43,061 nucleotides of DNA from Alphaproteobacteria bacterium (GCA_024278615.1 JAJRSS010000006.1:1-43061), one strand, 5' to 3'. Shown: positions 1 to 10,486, counted from the first letter of the stretch. Notes: generated by a model not told the origin, from the sequence alone. Numbers and translations: made by a program.

Positions 1-1275
1 ATGAAGCAAGCCTTTTCCCGATTTCTGGTGCTGGCGGCCCTGTTGCTGCCGTGGGGAAGCCTGCCCACCGTCACTCATGCCCAACAAGGGTTGAGGATCG
101 TGGCCGTGGTCAATGGCGAAATTATTTCGGTCTTTGACCTGAACGTCCGCCTTGCCCTGATCATCGCCACGTCAAACCTTGAAAACAGGCCGGAAGTCAG
201 GCAACGGCTGGCTCCTCGGGTGCTGCGCAATCTGATGGACGAGAAAATCAAGCTGCAAGAGGCCAAGCGCCTCAATATTCGCATTACCGGGAAGGAAATA
301 AGAGATGCGTTGAAGCGGTTGGAGCGCCGCAACAATCTGCCGCCGGGCGGACTGGGTAGGTTTCTTTCTCAATTCGGCCTGGACCGGTCGGCTGTGGTTG
401 AACAGATAGAATCTGAAATCGCATGGGTCAAAATCATCAGAGCCACCCTTTTGCCCCGCATCAAGATTACCGAGGAAGAGGTTGAGGAAAGGTTGGCGGA
501 GATCAAATCCTATGAAGGAAAGCCCCTTTACCGGGTGGCGGAAATTTTCATCCCGGTCGACGACCCGTCAAGAGAGACAGAAGCCCGGCTGCTCTCCGAA
601 CGGCTGATTCAAGAGCTTCGGGGCGGTGCCCGGTTCGCCGCCCTTGCCCGCAGCTTTTCGAAAAGCCCTTCGGCGGAAACGGGTGGTGATTTGGGCTGGA
701 TAAGACAGGGAGAACTTGACCGGCAACTGGACGCCGTTATCGCAACCATGAACCCCGGGGATATCTCCCCGTTGATCCGCACGGCAACGGGCTACTATAT
801 CCTTACTCTTATCAACCGCCGCATCGCTGAAGCCTTGGACAAGGTGGAGGTGGTGGTCTCGCTTCAACAGATCTACCTGAACCTGCCGCCTAACCCCGGC
901 GAGGATGAAATCAAAAGGCAGATGGAAAGAGGCCGGTCCCTGGCGTCGTCGGTTAAAAATTGCGCGGACATGGACCGGCTGGGCAAGGAAACCGGGTCTC
1001 CTCTTTCAGGAAATTTGGGCAAGCAATCCCTGGGTCAACTGTCGGCGGTGGTGCGGGATGCTGTAAAGGATTTGCCTGTGGGCGGTGTCAGCCAACCCAT
1101 TCGCACGGGTCAGGGCGTTATCGTGCTTATGGTTTGCGACCGGTCGTCAAACAGTTCGGAACAGGATGCCAGGGACAGGGCACGGCGGTTGATTCTGGAA
1201 AGACGGCTGGGGAGAGAAGCTCGACGGCGTTTCGAGGAACTTCGCCGGGCGGCCCATGAAGATGTGCGGTTATGA
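1..1275 (+). CDS. surA: SurA-like periplasmic chaperone / parvulin peptidyl-prolyl isomerase
   Basis: Signal peptide, 'RIVAVVNGEIIS' SurA N-domain and 'FAALARSFS..SAETGGDLGW' parvulin motif; directly upstream of pdxA-rsmA. Confidence 0.9.
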   Translation: MKQAFSRFLVLAALLLPWGSLPTVTHAQQGLRIVAVVNGEIISVFDLNVRLALIIATSNLENRPEVRQRLAPRVLRNLMDEKIKLQEAKRLNIRITGKEIRDALKRLERRNNLPPGGLGRFLSQFGLDRSAVVEQIESEIAWVKIIRATLLPRIKITEEEVEERLAEIKSYEGKPLYRVAEIFIPVDDPSRETEARLLSERLIQELRGGARFAALARSFSKSPSAETGGDLGWIRQGELDRQLDAVIATMNPGDISPLIRTATGYYILTLINRRIAEALDKVEVVVSLQQIYLNLPPNPGEDEIKRQMERGRSLASSVKNCADMDRLGKETGSPLSGNLGKQSLGQLSAVVRDAVKDLPVGGVSQPIRTGQGVIVLMVCDRSSNSSEQDARDRARRLILERRLGREARRRFEELRRAAHEDVRL

Positions 1276-2306
1276 CACCACCGGGCGCAAGCGGTAAGCC
1301 GCTGGCGCTGACCATGGGTGAACCGGCGGGTATCGGCGGCGAAATTTCCCTCAAGGCGTGGCTGAGCCGGGATGAAGGGGTACCGCCTTTTTTTCTTATC
1401 GACGATCCGGAAAGGATGCGGCGCCTTGCCCGCCGCCTTTCGTTGGCCGTACCGGTTGAGGCAGTGGATGACCCGGACGAAACGGAAGAAGTATTTTCCC
1501 GCGCATTGCCCGTGCTTTCCCTCGATACGCCGGTTGAAGCGACCTTGGGTGAGGCTGACCCGGCCCATGCAAGAGCCGTTATCTCGGCCGTAGAAACCGC
1601 CGTCGGGTTGACTAGGGAATCCCGCGCGGCCGCCGTTGTAACCAACCCCATCAACAAGAAAGCCCTCTATCAGGGCGGTTTCCGCTTTCCCGGCCATACG
1701 GAATTTCTCGCCTCGCTCGCCGGCGGCGGGGCGAGACCGGTAATGATGCTGGCCAGTTCCCGGCTGAGGCCTCCATTGCGGGTGGTCCCGGTGACCGTTC
1801 ATGTCAGCCTGGCCAAAGCGGTTCAGGCGATTTCCAGCGATCTCATCGTCGAAACCGGAACGGTCACGGCTCGGGCGTTACAGCGGGAATTCGGCATTGA
1901 AAAACCGCGAATAGCGGTGTCGGGGCTAAACCCCCACGCGGGAGAAGGCGGCGCTTTGGGTTCGGAGGAAATGGAAATTGTCGCACCGGCCATCGTTCAA
2001 CTGCGTCAAAAAGGCTTGAACGTCTGGGGTCCGGTGTCCGCCGATACTCTTTTTACCGAGGGCGGCCGCAGGAACTATGACGCCGCCCTGTGCATGACCC
2101 ATGATCAGGCCCTGATCCCCATCAAGGCGCTGGATTTCGAGGGCGCCGTCAACGTGACCCTTGGCCTGCCCTTCATCCGCACCTCGCCCGATCATGGAAC
2201 AGCCCTGGATATCGCCAACGCCGGCGGCGCCAGCGAAGCAAGCCTGGTCGCGGCCCTGAAGATGGCGGCACATATGGCCGAACAGAGGGCTCTGGCGCCC
2301 GCCTGA
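1272..2306 (+). CDS. pdxA: 4-hydroxythreonine-4-phosphate dehydrogenase
   Basis: Motifs 'TMGEPAGIGGE', 'FPGHTEFL', 'GLNPHAGE', 'GLPFIRTSPDHGTA'; ATGA overlap with surA. Confidence 0.96.
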   Translation: MTPPGASGKPLALTMGEPAGIGGEISLKAWLSRDEGVPPFFLIDDPERMRRLARRLSLAVPVEAVDDPDETEEVFSRALPVLSLDTPVEATLGEADPAHARAVISAVETAVGLTRESRAAAVVTNPINKKALYQGGFRFPGHTEFLASLAGGGARPVMMLASSRLRPPLRVVPVTVHVSLAKAVQAISSDLIVETGTVTARALQREFGIEKPRIAVSGLNPHAGEGGALGSEEMEIVAPAIVQLRQKGLNVWGPVSADTLFTEGGRRNYDAALCMTHDQALIPIKALDFEGAVNVTLGLPFIRTSPDHGTALDIANAGGASEASLVAALKMAAHMAEQRALAPA

Positions 2307-2316
2307 CGAGGAAATA

Positions 2317-3177
2317 GTGTCCGCCAACCTCCCGCAATTGCCCCCATTGCGCGATGTCATCGCCCGCCATGGGCTGAGAGCACGAAAATCCCTGGGCCAG
2401 CACTTTCTGCTCGACTTGAACCTTACCGCCCGTATCGCCCGCGCCGCTGGAAATTTACGGGACCATACGGTCATTGAAATCGGGCCGGGACCGGGGGGGC
2501 TGACCCGCGCCCTGCTGGACGCCGGCGCGAAACGAATAATCGCCATTGAAAGGGATGACCGGTGCATCGAAGCCCTCGGCGAACTGACCGCCGCTTACGG
2601 TGATCGCCTGAGGGTCATCGAGGCAGACGCTCTTAACCCTGACGTGGCCGTCCAGGCCCTGACCGGGCGCCCCAGGCCCCGGAAAGTCGTTTCAAACCTG
2701 CCTTACAACATCGCCACGCCATTGCTGATCGGCTGGCTGAAGCAGATCCAGGAATTGGATGGGCTGACCCTGATGTTCCAAAAAGAAGTGGCCAGCCGCT
2801 TAGCCGCCAGGCCCGGAAGCAAGGAATACGGCAGGCTTTCAGTGATCACCCAGTGGCTGTGCGAAGTCCGCATTCTGTTCAACGTGGACCAGAGGGCCTT
2901 TACCCCTCCGCCCAAGGTGGTGTCGACGGTGGTCGGCCTGGTTCCGCGAAACCAGCCACTGGCACCCGCCGCGTGGGAGTGTCTGGAGCGGGTTACGCAA
3001 AGCGCCTTAGGCCAGCGGCGCAAGATGCTTCGTAGCAGCCTGAAACCACTGGGCCTGGACCTGGAATCCCTGGACATCGACCCGACGCTCCGGGCCGAGG
3101 ACCTGACGGTGGAACAGTTCTGCCGTTTGGCCGGCGCACTGGAGAATTCCGAGGAGAATGCCGGCAAGATGGCGTGA
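2317..3177 (+). CDS. rsmA: 16S rRNA m6,2A dimethyltransferase (KsgA)
   Basis: 'KSLGQHFLLD', 'IEIGPGPGGLT', 'NLPYNI', 'QRRKML'; GTG start. Confidence 0.96.
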   Translation: MSANLPQLPPLRDVIARHGLRARKSLGQHFLLDLNLTARIARAAGNLRDHTVIEIGPGPGGLTRALLDAGAKRIIAIERDDRCIEALGELTAAYGDRLRVIEADALNPDVAVQALTGRPRPRKVVSNLPYNIATPLLIGWLKQIQELDGLTLMFQKEVASRLAARPGSKEYGRLSVITQWLCEVRILFNVDQRAFTPPPKVVSTVVGLVPRNQPLAPAAWECLERVTQSALGQRRKMLRSSLKPLGLDLESLDIDPTLRAEDLTVEQFCRLAGALENSEENAGKMA

Positions 3178-3186
3178 AGCGCCGGT

Positions 3187-3888
3187 TCAGGAATCTTCGC
3201 CAAGGGCGGCGACAAAGGCTTGTAATTCAGGCTGGTTTTCTCGCTTCAGGCTTTCGGCCACGGTTGCGGCTTCATCCTGCGCCGGCCCAAGATTCCGGCA
3301 AGACCGCCTTTTTCTCCTTTCCACCGCCAGGATCGCCTGTACGTTTGCGACGCTTTCATCCACTTTCCGGTTGACGAAAACATATTCGTATTCGTTCCAG
3401 TGGCTGATTTCATCCATGGCCATGGACATGCGCCGGCGAACCACCTCGTCTGAATCCTGGGCCCGTTTGTGGAGCCGCGTTTCCAGTTCCGCGGTTGAAG
3501 GCGGCAGGATGAAAACGCCGACCACGTCGTCCCCGGCATTTTCCTTCAATTGCCGTGCCCCCTGCCAATCCACGTCGAACAACACATCGGTTCCCGCTTT
3601 CAACGCTTCCTCGACCGGCCCCCTGGGGGTCCCGTAACGGTTGCCGAAGACCTGGGCGTGTTCCAGAAAATTACCTTCGCTGATCATGGCCTCGAAGGCA
3701 TCGGGGTCAAGAAAAAAGTAGTCCCTGCCTTCCACCTCCCCCGGGCGTTGGGGGCGGGTGGTGGCCGATACGGATAGGGCAATGTCCCGATCCCGGGCCA
3801 AAAGTTCCCGGGAAATGGTGGATTTTCCAGCCCCCGATGGCGAGGAAAGGATGAGCATCAGGCCCCGCCGGCTGTCGGCGTCATTCAA
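3187..3888 (-). CDS. gmk: Guanylate kinase
   Basis: 'SSPSGAGKST' P-loop, 'SATTRPQRPGEVEG', 'YGTP', 'DVDWQG'. Start is TTG 3888 (overlapping the yicC stop) or ATG 3858. Confidence 0.95.
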   Translation of the reverse strand: MNDADSRRGLMLILSSPSGAGKSTISRELLARDRDIALSVSATTRPQRPGEVEGRDYFFLDPDAFEAMISEGNFLEHAQVFGNRYGTPRGPVEEALKAGTDVLFDVDWQGARQLKENAGDDVVGVFILPPSTAELETRLHKRAQDSDEVVRRRMSMAMDEISHWNEYEYVFVNRKVDESVANVQAILAVERRKRRSCRNLGPAQDEAATVAESLKRENQPELQAFVAALGEDS

Positions 3889-4771
3889 TGTTCTGTACCT
3901 GCTCGCGGAACTGTTCGATGGCCGCCTTGAGATCCAGGCCAACCCGGGTCAATTCCACGTCCGCCGATTTGGAGCACAGGGTATTGGCTTCCCGGTTGAA
4001 TTCCTGGCACAGAAAATCCAGCTTGCGGCCGATGGAGCCGGTATGACCGATCAGTTCGCGGGCCGCGTCCACATGGGCCTTCAACCGGTCCAGTTCTTCG
4101 CGCAGGTCCGCCTTGGTGATTAAAAGGGCGGCCTCCTGGGCCAGCCTTTCCTCGGGCAGGGCGGGCAGGGTTTCCAGCAACGCCGCCACCTGTTCGCGAA
4201 GGCGTTCGCGGATGGCATCGGGTTGGGCGGCGGCCAGTCCTTCCGCCTTGCCGGTCAGGCTGCTGATGGTATCGAGCAGGGAAACCAGAACCGGTTCCAG
4301 CCTGCCGCCCTCTTCGGCCCGCATGGCGGCGAGGGCCTCCAATGCCCGGTCCAGCCCGGCCAGAAGGGAATCTTCCAGCGCCTTCTGCGCCTTTTCATCG
4401 GGCTCCTCTTCCAGAGCCTCCATGACGCCGCTCAAGGCGAGGATGCCGTCGACTCTTGGCGGCTGGGCGTCGGGCAGGTGACGGGTGATTTCCGGCAGGA
4501 CCGCGAGCACCTGTTCCAACACATCGGTGTTGACCTGAAAGGCGCGATTGGACCGGTTGCGTACGAGATTGAGGGTAAGGGAGAAGTTTCCCCGGTGGAA
4601 CCGTTTGGCTACCCGTTCGCGGGCCTGGGGATCAAGGGATTCCAGGCCGCCCGGCACCCGGCATCGCATGTCCCGGCCCTTGCCGTTGACACTTTTTACC
4701 TCCCACGTCCACGAACAGGCTTCTTCCTGGCCCTGGACGCGGGCAAACCCGGTCATCGATGATAGGGGCAA
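3881..4771 (-). CDS. yicC: YicC/YloC-family endoribonuclease
   Basis: 'SSMTGFAR', 'EELDRL', 'GRKLDFLCQEFNREANTLCSK', 'REQVQNIE'. TTG start at 4771 with AGGAG RBS; conserved yicC-gmk pairing. Confidence 0.93.
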   Translation of the reverse strand: MPLSSMTGFARVQGQEEACSWTWEVKSVNGKGRDMRCRVPGGLESLDPQARERVAKRFHRGNFSLTLNLVRNRSNRAFQVNTDVLEQVLAVLPEITRHLPDAQPPRVDGILALSGVMEALEEEPDEKAQKALEDSLLAGLDRALEALAAMRAEEGGRLEPVLVSLLDTISSLTGKAEGLAAAQPDAIRERLREQVAALLETLPALPEERLAQEAALLITKADLREELDRLKAHVDAARELIGHTGSIGRKLDFLCQEFNREANTLCSKSADVELTRVGLDLKAAIEQFREQVQNIE

Positions 4772-5063
4772 ATGGCTTCTCCTGCTGGCCCTGCCGATAG
4801 TTCTACTGGCTTTCCCGGCACTTATAGCCGCCACGGGAACACGCAACAAGGCGCGGAATGGTCCACCGGACCCTCAACCCCGCCTTCTGGACAATGGAGC
4901 CGGGAAACCGGTGTGCTGTTTGCCACCGCCGTTCCCGCACCGGAAAGGCCGGACACCATTCGGAAGTGGGCGGGGCGCATACTTCAAGGCCTTTCCCCCG
5001 ATGACTTGCCCGTCCGCAAACGGGGTGTGGCCTTAACACCCCTGCGTTCTGTACAAAGGCTGC

Positions 5064-5846
5064 ATGGACCGATATTCCATCCTCATTACCGGCGCATCCA
5101 GCGGCATCGGCGAAGCCCTGGCCAAGCATTACGCCGGGCCGGGCGTTTTCCTGGCCTTGAGCGGCCGCGACCCCGAACGGCTGGCGGCGGTGGCCCAGGC
5201 CTGCCGGGCCCAGGGCGCGGAAGTGGCCGAAGAAACCGTCGATGTGCGCGACCCGAAGGCCATGGCCGCATGGGTGGCCAAGGTGGATAACGCACACCCC
5301 CTGGACCTGATCATCGCCAATGCGGGCGTTTCCGGCGGCACGGGCAGTTCCGGCGACGGCGGCGGCCTCAATTCCGGCGAGGACGAAAACCAGGTTCGGG
5401 AAATCTTTGCCGTCAACCTGACCGGGGTACTGAACACGGTGTGGCCGGCCCTGCCGGCCATGCGGGCCCGGGGCCGGGGACAGATCGCCATCATCAGTTC
5501 CCTGGCCGGGTTCACCGGCCTGCCGGGCGCGCCCGCCTACGGCGCATCCAAGGCGGCGGCGCGAAGCTACGGCGAAGGCTTGCGGGGCTGGCTGGCCAGG
5601 GATGGGATCAAGGTTTCGGTCGTCTGCCCGGGGTTCGTGGAAAGCCGGATCACCGCCCGGAACAAATTCCCCATGCCCTTCTTCATGCCGGCGGAAAAAG
5701 CGGCCGGCATCATCGCTGGGGGCTTGGCCCGGGACAAGGGCCGCATCGCTTTTCCCTGGCCCATGGTTTTTGCCATTCGGCTGTTGAATGCCCTGCCTGC
5801 CGAATGGGCAAGCCGCCTCATGCGACGGGCGCCGAAGAAACAGTAA
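5064..5846 (+). CDS. Short-chain dehydrogenase/reductase
   Basis: 'ITGASSGIG' Rossmann motif, 'ANAG', catalytic 'YGASK'. Confidence 0.9.
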   Translation: MDRYSILITGASSGIGEALAKHYAGPGVFLALSGRDPERLAAVAQACRAQGAEVAEETVDVRDPKAMAAWVAKVDNAHPLDLIIANAGVSGGTGSSGDGGGLNSGEDENQVREIFAVNLTGVLNTVWPALPAMRARGRGQIAIISSLAGFTGLPGAPAYGASKAAARSYGEGLRGWLARDGIKVSVVCPGFVESRITARNKFPMPFFMPAEKAAGIIAGGLARDKGRIAFPWPMVFAIRLLNALPAEWASRLMRRAPKKQ

Positions 5847-5873
5847 GCCTGAAAAGACCGGAACGGCGGCGCC

Positions 5874-6866
5874 TTATTGCGGTGACGCTTTGAAGCTCTT
5901 TTGGATTTGCCGCCATTTGGCGACGTTTCGGTTGTGCTCCGCCAGGGTACGGGAAAAAACGTGGCCGCCTGTGCCGTCGGCGACAAAATACAGCTCGTCA
6001 GTAAAGGTGGGCTGGAGAACCGCCGCGAGGGAAGCCCGGCCTGGATTGCTGATCGGTCCGGGGGGCAGCCCGTTGATGAGATAGGTATTGTAAGGCGTCG
6101 GTATTCTGAGGTCGGCCCGGGTCAGCGGCCGGTCGAAATTCCCCATGCCGCCGGTCAGCCCATAGGCTACCGTGGGGTCCGATTGCAACCGCATCCCCTT
6201 CTTCAGGCGGTTCAGGAATACCGCCGCGATGCGGCCCCGTTCTTCGGGCAGGGAGGTTTCTTTTTCGACGACGGAAGCAAGGATAATAACTTCGAGGGGC
6301 GTCTTGAGGGGCAGGTCCTTGGCCCGCAATTTCCACAACTCCTGAACGGTTTCCTCCATGGCTCCCGCCATACGGGCGATCACCGCCTTGCGCTCGTCGC
6401 CGTAAGAAAAATAGTAGGTCTCGGGCAACAAGGATCCCTCCCGGGGCATGGGGCCGGAATCGCCGATCAATCCGTCGGTGGCTTTCAACTGGGCAATAAC
6501 CTTCGACACCGGCAGGCCCTCCGCCACGGTCAAGCGGCGGACCACCGTGCTGCCGATCTGCAAGTAACGGATAACTTCACGGGGACTGATAAGCGCCGGG
6601 AAAATATATTCACCGGCCCGCAGGGTCTTTCCGGCACCGGTAATCCGGGCGCCCAGGCGAAAGACACGAGGGTCGGCGATGACGCCTTCGTCGGCCAGGA
6701 TATTGGCGATGCCGTCAACCCCGGCGCCCTTGGGGATGATGATCGTGGCCGGTACCTTGAGGGGGCCGGGACGGGCGTACTGGGCATAGCCCCAGAGGGC
6801 GATACCTCCGGCGATAACGGTCAAAAAGGTAAGAACGTAGAACGCGCGGACGGCAAGACGCGCCAT
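5874..6866 (-). CDS. mltG: Endolytic murein transglycosylase (YceG)
   Basis: N-terminal TM helix, 'ASVVEKET', 'LQSDPTV', 'YNTY...GLPPGPISNPG'; follows fabF. Confidence 0.95.
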   Translation of the reverse strand: MARLAVRAFYVLTFLTVIAGGIALWGYAQYARPGPLKVPATIIIPKGAGVDGIANILADEGVIADPRVFRLGARITGAGKTLRAGEYIFPALISPREVIRYLQIGSTVVRRLTVAEGLPVSKVIAQLKATDGLIGDSGPMPREGSLLPETYYFSYGDERKAVIARMAGAMEETVQELWKLRAKDLPLKTPLEVIILASVVEKETSLPEERGRIAAVFLNRLKKGMRLQSDPTVAYGLTGGMGNFDRPLTRADLRIPTPYNTYLINGLPPGPISNPGRASLAAVLQPTFTDELYFVADGTGGHVFSRTLAEHNRNVAKWRQIQKSFKASPQ

Positions 6867-6871
6867 GGGGG

Positions 6872-8131
6872 TTAAACCGCTTTAAAAACGAGCGATGCGT
6901 TGGTTCCGCCAAACCCAAAGGAATTGGAAAGGGCTGCCCGGACCTTGCGTTCCTTGGGCTGGTGGGGAACCAGGTCGATATCACACCCTTCCGAAGGGTT
7001 ATCCAGGTTCAGGGTTGGCGGCACCACGCCGTTACGAATAGCCAGTATGGAAAAAATGGATTCCACGGCGCCGGCCGCCCCCAAAAGGTGGCCAATCGCC
7101 GATTTGGTGGACGACATGGAGAGCTTGTAGACGGAGTCACCGAAGACCCGCTTCACCGCTCCAAGCTCGATTTCATCCCCCAAAGGCGTGGAAGTGCCAT
7201 GGGCGTTAACGTAGTCAATATCCTCAGGATTAAGTTCGGCCCGCTTCAGCGCCGCCCGCATGCACCGGTAGGCGCCGTTACCATCGGCCGCCGGAGCCGT
7301 AATGTGGTTGGCGTCGCCGGACATGCCATAACCCACTACTTCGGCATAGATTTTTGCACCACGTTTCCTGGCATGTTCCAGTTCTTCCAGCACCACGATG
7401 CCGGCGCCATCGCCCATGACAAACCCGTCCCGATCTTTGTCCAACGGCCGGGAAGCCTTTTCCGGTGTGTCGTTGTACTTGGTGGACAGGGCCCGGGCTT
7501 GCGCGAATCCGGTCATCCCCAAACGGCAGATGGCCGCTTCGGTGCCGCCGGCGACCATCACGTCCGCGTCCCCCCACATGATCATGCGGGCGGCATCGCC
7601 GATGGCGTGGGCGCCGGAAGAACAGGCGGTCACCACCGCGTGGTTAGGGCCCTTGAATCCGTACTTGATGGAAACGTGTCCCGAAACCAGATTGATCAGG
7701 CTGGCGGGAATGAAAAAGGGACTGACCTTGCGTGATTTGCCATTATCAACCAGCACGGCGGCGCGGGAAATTTCCGATAAACCGCCGATCCCTGAACCGA
7801 TCAGCACACCGGTACGACAGCGGGTCTCCTCATCCTCGGGTTTCCAGCCTGAATCCTCAACCGCTTGAATGGCCGCGACCAATCCATAGAGAATAAATGT
7901 ATCCATGCGCCGTTGTTCCCTGGGCGTAACCCAGTCATCGGCATTGAACAACCCATGGGCGGTTTCCCCCCCAGGCACCTGACCACCGATTTTCGCCGTC
8001 AGGTCCGAAACATCGAAGGATTGAATGGCCCTGATCCCTGACTTCGATTCCATCAGGTGGTTCCAACTGGTTTCAACGCCGGAACCCAGCGGGGTGACCA
8101 TACCCATACCGGTGATGACAATTCGTTTCAT
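6872..8131 (-). CDS. fabF: 3-oxoacyl-ACP synthase II
   Basis: 'MKRIVITGMG', catalytic 'TACSSG', 'NAHGTST', 'GHLLGAAG', 'SNSFGFGG'; ATG at 8131. Confidence 0.97.
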   Translation of the reverse strand: MKRIVITGMGMVTPLGSGVETSWNHLMESKSGIRAIQSFDVSDLTAKIGGQVPGGETAHGLFNADDWVTPREQRRMDTFILYGLVAAIQAVEDSGWKPEDEETRCRTGVLIGSGIGGLSEISRAAVLVDNGKSRKVSPFFIPASLINLVSGHVSIKYGFKGPNHAVVTACSSGAHAIGDAARMIMWGDADVMVAGGTEAAICRLGMTGFAQARALSTKYNDTPEKASRPLDKDRDGFVMGDGAGIVVLEELEHARKRGAKIYAEVVGYGMSGDANHITAPAADGNGAYRCMRAALKRAELNPEDIDYVNAHGTSTPLGDEIELGAVKRVFGDSVYKLSMSSTKSAIGHLLGAAGAVESIFSILAIRNGVVPPTLNLDNPSEGCDIDLVPHQPKERKVRAALSNSFGFGGTNASLVFKAV

Positions 8132-8197
8132 GGTGTCAGGTGAATCAGAAATGACGCAATAATCCGGTTGAACCGCTTGAAGGGCAATCGGGCGGGT

Positions 8198-8227
8198 AAA
8201 CAAACAGCGCCATCCGCCGGATGTCGC
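8198..8227 (-). terminator. Probable intrinsic terminator/attenuator between acpP and fabF
   Basis: Minus strand GCGACATCC-GGC-GGATGGCGC followed by TGTTTGTTT, immediately after the acpP stop. Confidence 0.45.
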
Positions 8228-8464
8228 CTAGCTCACATGGGAACTAATGTAATCGACAGCGTCTTTGATTGTCAGGATTTTTTCAGCCGCATCATCGGGA
8301 ATTTCACACCCGAAGGCTTCTTCAAAAGCCATGACCAGTTCAACTGTGTCCAGACTGTCAGCGCCCAGATCATCAATGAAGCTGGCGTTTTCCACCACTT
8401 TAGACTCCTCGACGCCAAGATGCTCTATAACAATTTTCTTCACCCGCTCGGCGACGTCACTCAT
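8228..8464 (-). CDS. acpP: Acyl carrier protein
   Basis: '[12 protein letters not shown]...[18 protein letters not shown]' with the phosphopantetheine Ser; ATG at 8464. Confidence 0.98.
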   Translation of the reverse strand: MSDVAERVKKIVIEHLGVEESKVVENASFIDDLGADSLDTVELVMAFEEAFGCEIPDDAAEKILTIKDAVDYISSHVS

Positions 8465-8655
8465 ATTCCAGATCCTCAATTCGAAGTTGGCATTCCAAAA
8501 GGTTAACCGGGCTGCCGCAAGACACAATTCAAATCATGACCGGTCACCGGGCAACCGCGCAAGCCGCCCAATAGGCGGCGAAGGGCAAGTTTCCTAACAC
8601 ACTTTTTCAGCCTTGACCAGCGGCCAAGACACCCTTCCAGCCGGAGAATTCCTCC

Positions 8656-9408
8656 TCAAATCATGGTCATGCCGCCATTCACGTGAAGGGTTTGGCCGGT
8701 CACGTAGGAAGCCTCGTCGCTGGCCAGATAAAGGGCCGCGGCGCCCACATCGGCGGCGGTTCCGAACCGGCCACTGGGGATGGCGGCCAAAAGCCGGTCC
8801 ATCTGGTCCCGGGTCAGGTCGTCGGTCATGGGGGATTCGATAAATCCGGGGGCGATGCAGTTGCCGGTAATGCCCCGGGTAGCCACTTCCTGGGCCAGAG
8901 ACTTGGTCAGGCCGATCAACCCCGCCTTGCTGGCGGCGTAGTTGGCCTGACCCGCATTGCCGGTCACGCCAACCACCGAGGCAATCCCGATCAGCCGCCC
9001 CCACCGTTTTTTCATCATCCCCCTCAGACAGGCGCGGGACAGCTTGAAAGCCGCCGTCAGATTGACGTCGAGCACCGTCTGCCAGTCCTGGTCCTTGATC
9101 CGGAGGGCCAGATTGTCCCTGGTCAGGCCTGCGTTGTTGACCAGGATGTCAATGCTGCCGCCAAGGGCCGCTTCGGCGTCAGCCACCAGCCGGGCGGCGA
9201 AATCTGCTTTGGACAGGTCGGCGGGAACCCCATGGGCGCGGCCCCCGCCATCCTTGTCCAGTTCATTGGCCAGGGCTTCCAGGACCTGGATGCGGGTGCC
9301 CGACAGGACCACATTGGCTCCGGCGCCGTGAAACACACCTGCGATGGCGCCGCCGATGGCGCCCGAAGCACCGGTAATCAGGGCCGTTTTACCCTTCAAA
9401 TCGAACAT
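8656..9408 (-). CDS. fabG: 3-oxoacyl-ACP reductase
   Basis: 'MFDLKGKTALITGASG', 'NNAGLTRD', 'NYAASKAG', 'LHVNGGM'; fabD-fabG-acpP-fabF order. Confidence 0.96.
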   Translation of the reverse strand: MFDLKGKTALITGASGAIGGAIAGVFHGAGANVVLSGTRIQVLEALANELDKDGGGRAHGVPADLSKADFAARLVADAEAALGGSIDILVNNAGLTRDNLALRIKDQDWQTVLDVNLTAAFKLSRACLRGMMKKRWGRLIGIASVVGVTGNAGQANYAASKAGLIGLTKSLAQEVATRGITGNCIAPGFIESPMTDDLTRDQMDRLLAAIPSGRFGTAADVGAAALYLASDEASYVTGQTLHVNGGMTMI

Positions 9409-9452
9409 GAATATATTCTCCCTCTGGCCCTTTCAGGCTTTCCGCATGGCGA

Positions 9453-10406
9453 TCAAAGGGTTTTGAGAAACCCCTCGACCTCTTCGGGCGAACCCACCGC
9501 CATACCGGTCAGATCCCGGTCAATGCGGCGGATCAGCCCGCTAAGCACCTTGCCGGCGCCGATCTCGACGATCGTATCGACGCCAAGTTCTTTCATGGTC
9601 AGCACGCTTTCCCGCCACCGCACCAAGCCCGTTACCTGGGCCACCAGCAAGGGACGTAAGGCCGCGGGGTCATCGACGGGCTGGGCGGTAACATTGGCGA
9701 TCAGGGGCACCGCCAGCGGTCGGGGAGCGATTCCAGCCAGGGCAGCCTCCATGGCCTCCGCCGCCGGCGCCATGAGCAGGCAATGAAAGGGCGCACTGAC
9801 GGGCAGCAGGATAGCCCGGCGGGCGCCTTTTTCCTTGGCCAGTTCCATGGCCCGCTGTACCGCCGACCGGGTACCGCTGACTACCACCTGGCCGGGAGCG
9901 TTGTCGTTGGCGGCGGCACAGACATCGTCCTCTCCACCGGCTTCGGCGGCTTGCCGGGCAATAACGAAAACATCTTCCAATTCCAGGCCCAAGAGGGCGG
10001 CCATGGCCCCTTCGCCCACCGGCACCGCCTTCTGCATGGCCCTGCCCCGCTCCCTGAGCAGGCGGGCCACGTTGGCCACGTCAAAAGCGCCGGCGGCGGC
10101 CAGGGCCGAATATTCGCCAAGGGAATGGCCTGCCACATAGCTAACCGCCGTGGCCAGGTCCAAGCCGCCCTCTTCCCGGAGCACCGCCATAACCGCCAGA
10201 CTGACGGCCATGAGGGCAGGCTGGGCATTTTCGGTCAGGGTCAGTTCGTCCTCTGGCCCCTTGAACATGAGCCGGGACAGGAACTGGCCGAGAGCATCGT
10301 CCACTTCATCCAGAACCTGCCGGGCGGAGGGAAATACCTGGGCCAGTTCGTGGCCCATACCGACGGCCTGGGAGCCCTGACCAGGGAAAACAAAGGCGCG
10401 TATCAT
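9453..10406 (-). CDS. fabD: Malonyl-CoA:ACP transacylase
   Basis: 'FVFPGQGSQ', 'GHSLGEY', 'VSAPFH'; ATG at 10406. Confidence 0.96.
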   Translation of the reverse strand: MIRAFVFPGQGSQAVGMGHELAQVFPSARQVLDEVDDALGQFLSRLMFKGPEDELTLTENAQPALMAVSLAVMAVLREEGGLDLATAVSYVAGHSLGEYSALAAAGAFDVANVARLLRERGRAMQKAVPVGEGAMAALLGLELEDVFVIARQAAEAGGEDDVCAAANDNAPGQVVVSGTRSAVQRAMELAKEKGARRAILLPVSAPFHCLLMAPAAEAMEAALAGIAPRPLAVPLIANVTAQPVDDPAALRPLLVAQVTGLVRWRESVLTMKELGVDTIVEIGAGKVLSGLIRRIDRDLTGMAVGSPEEVEGFLKTL

Positions 10407-10458
10407 GGCAAAGCAGGCCTTTTCTGAATCACGGAACAGCGAACGAGGCGGGAGGAAA

Positions 10459-10486
10459 GTGATAACCCCTGGCCCGCCCCTGTCAA
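10459..10486 (-). promoter_or_regulatory. Candidate sigma70 promoter of the fab operon
   Basis: Minus strand TTGACA-N16-TATCAC about 50 bp upstream of fabD. Confidence 0.45.
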
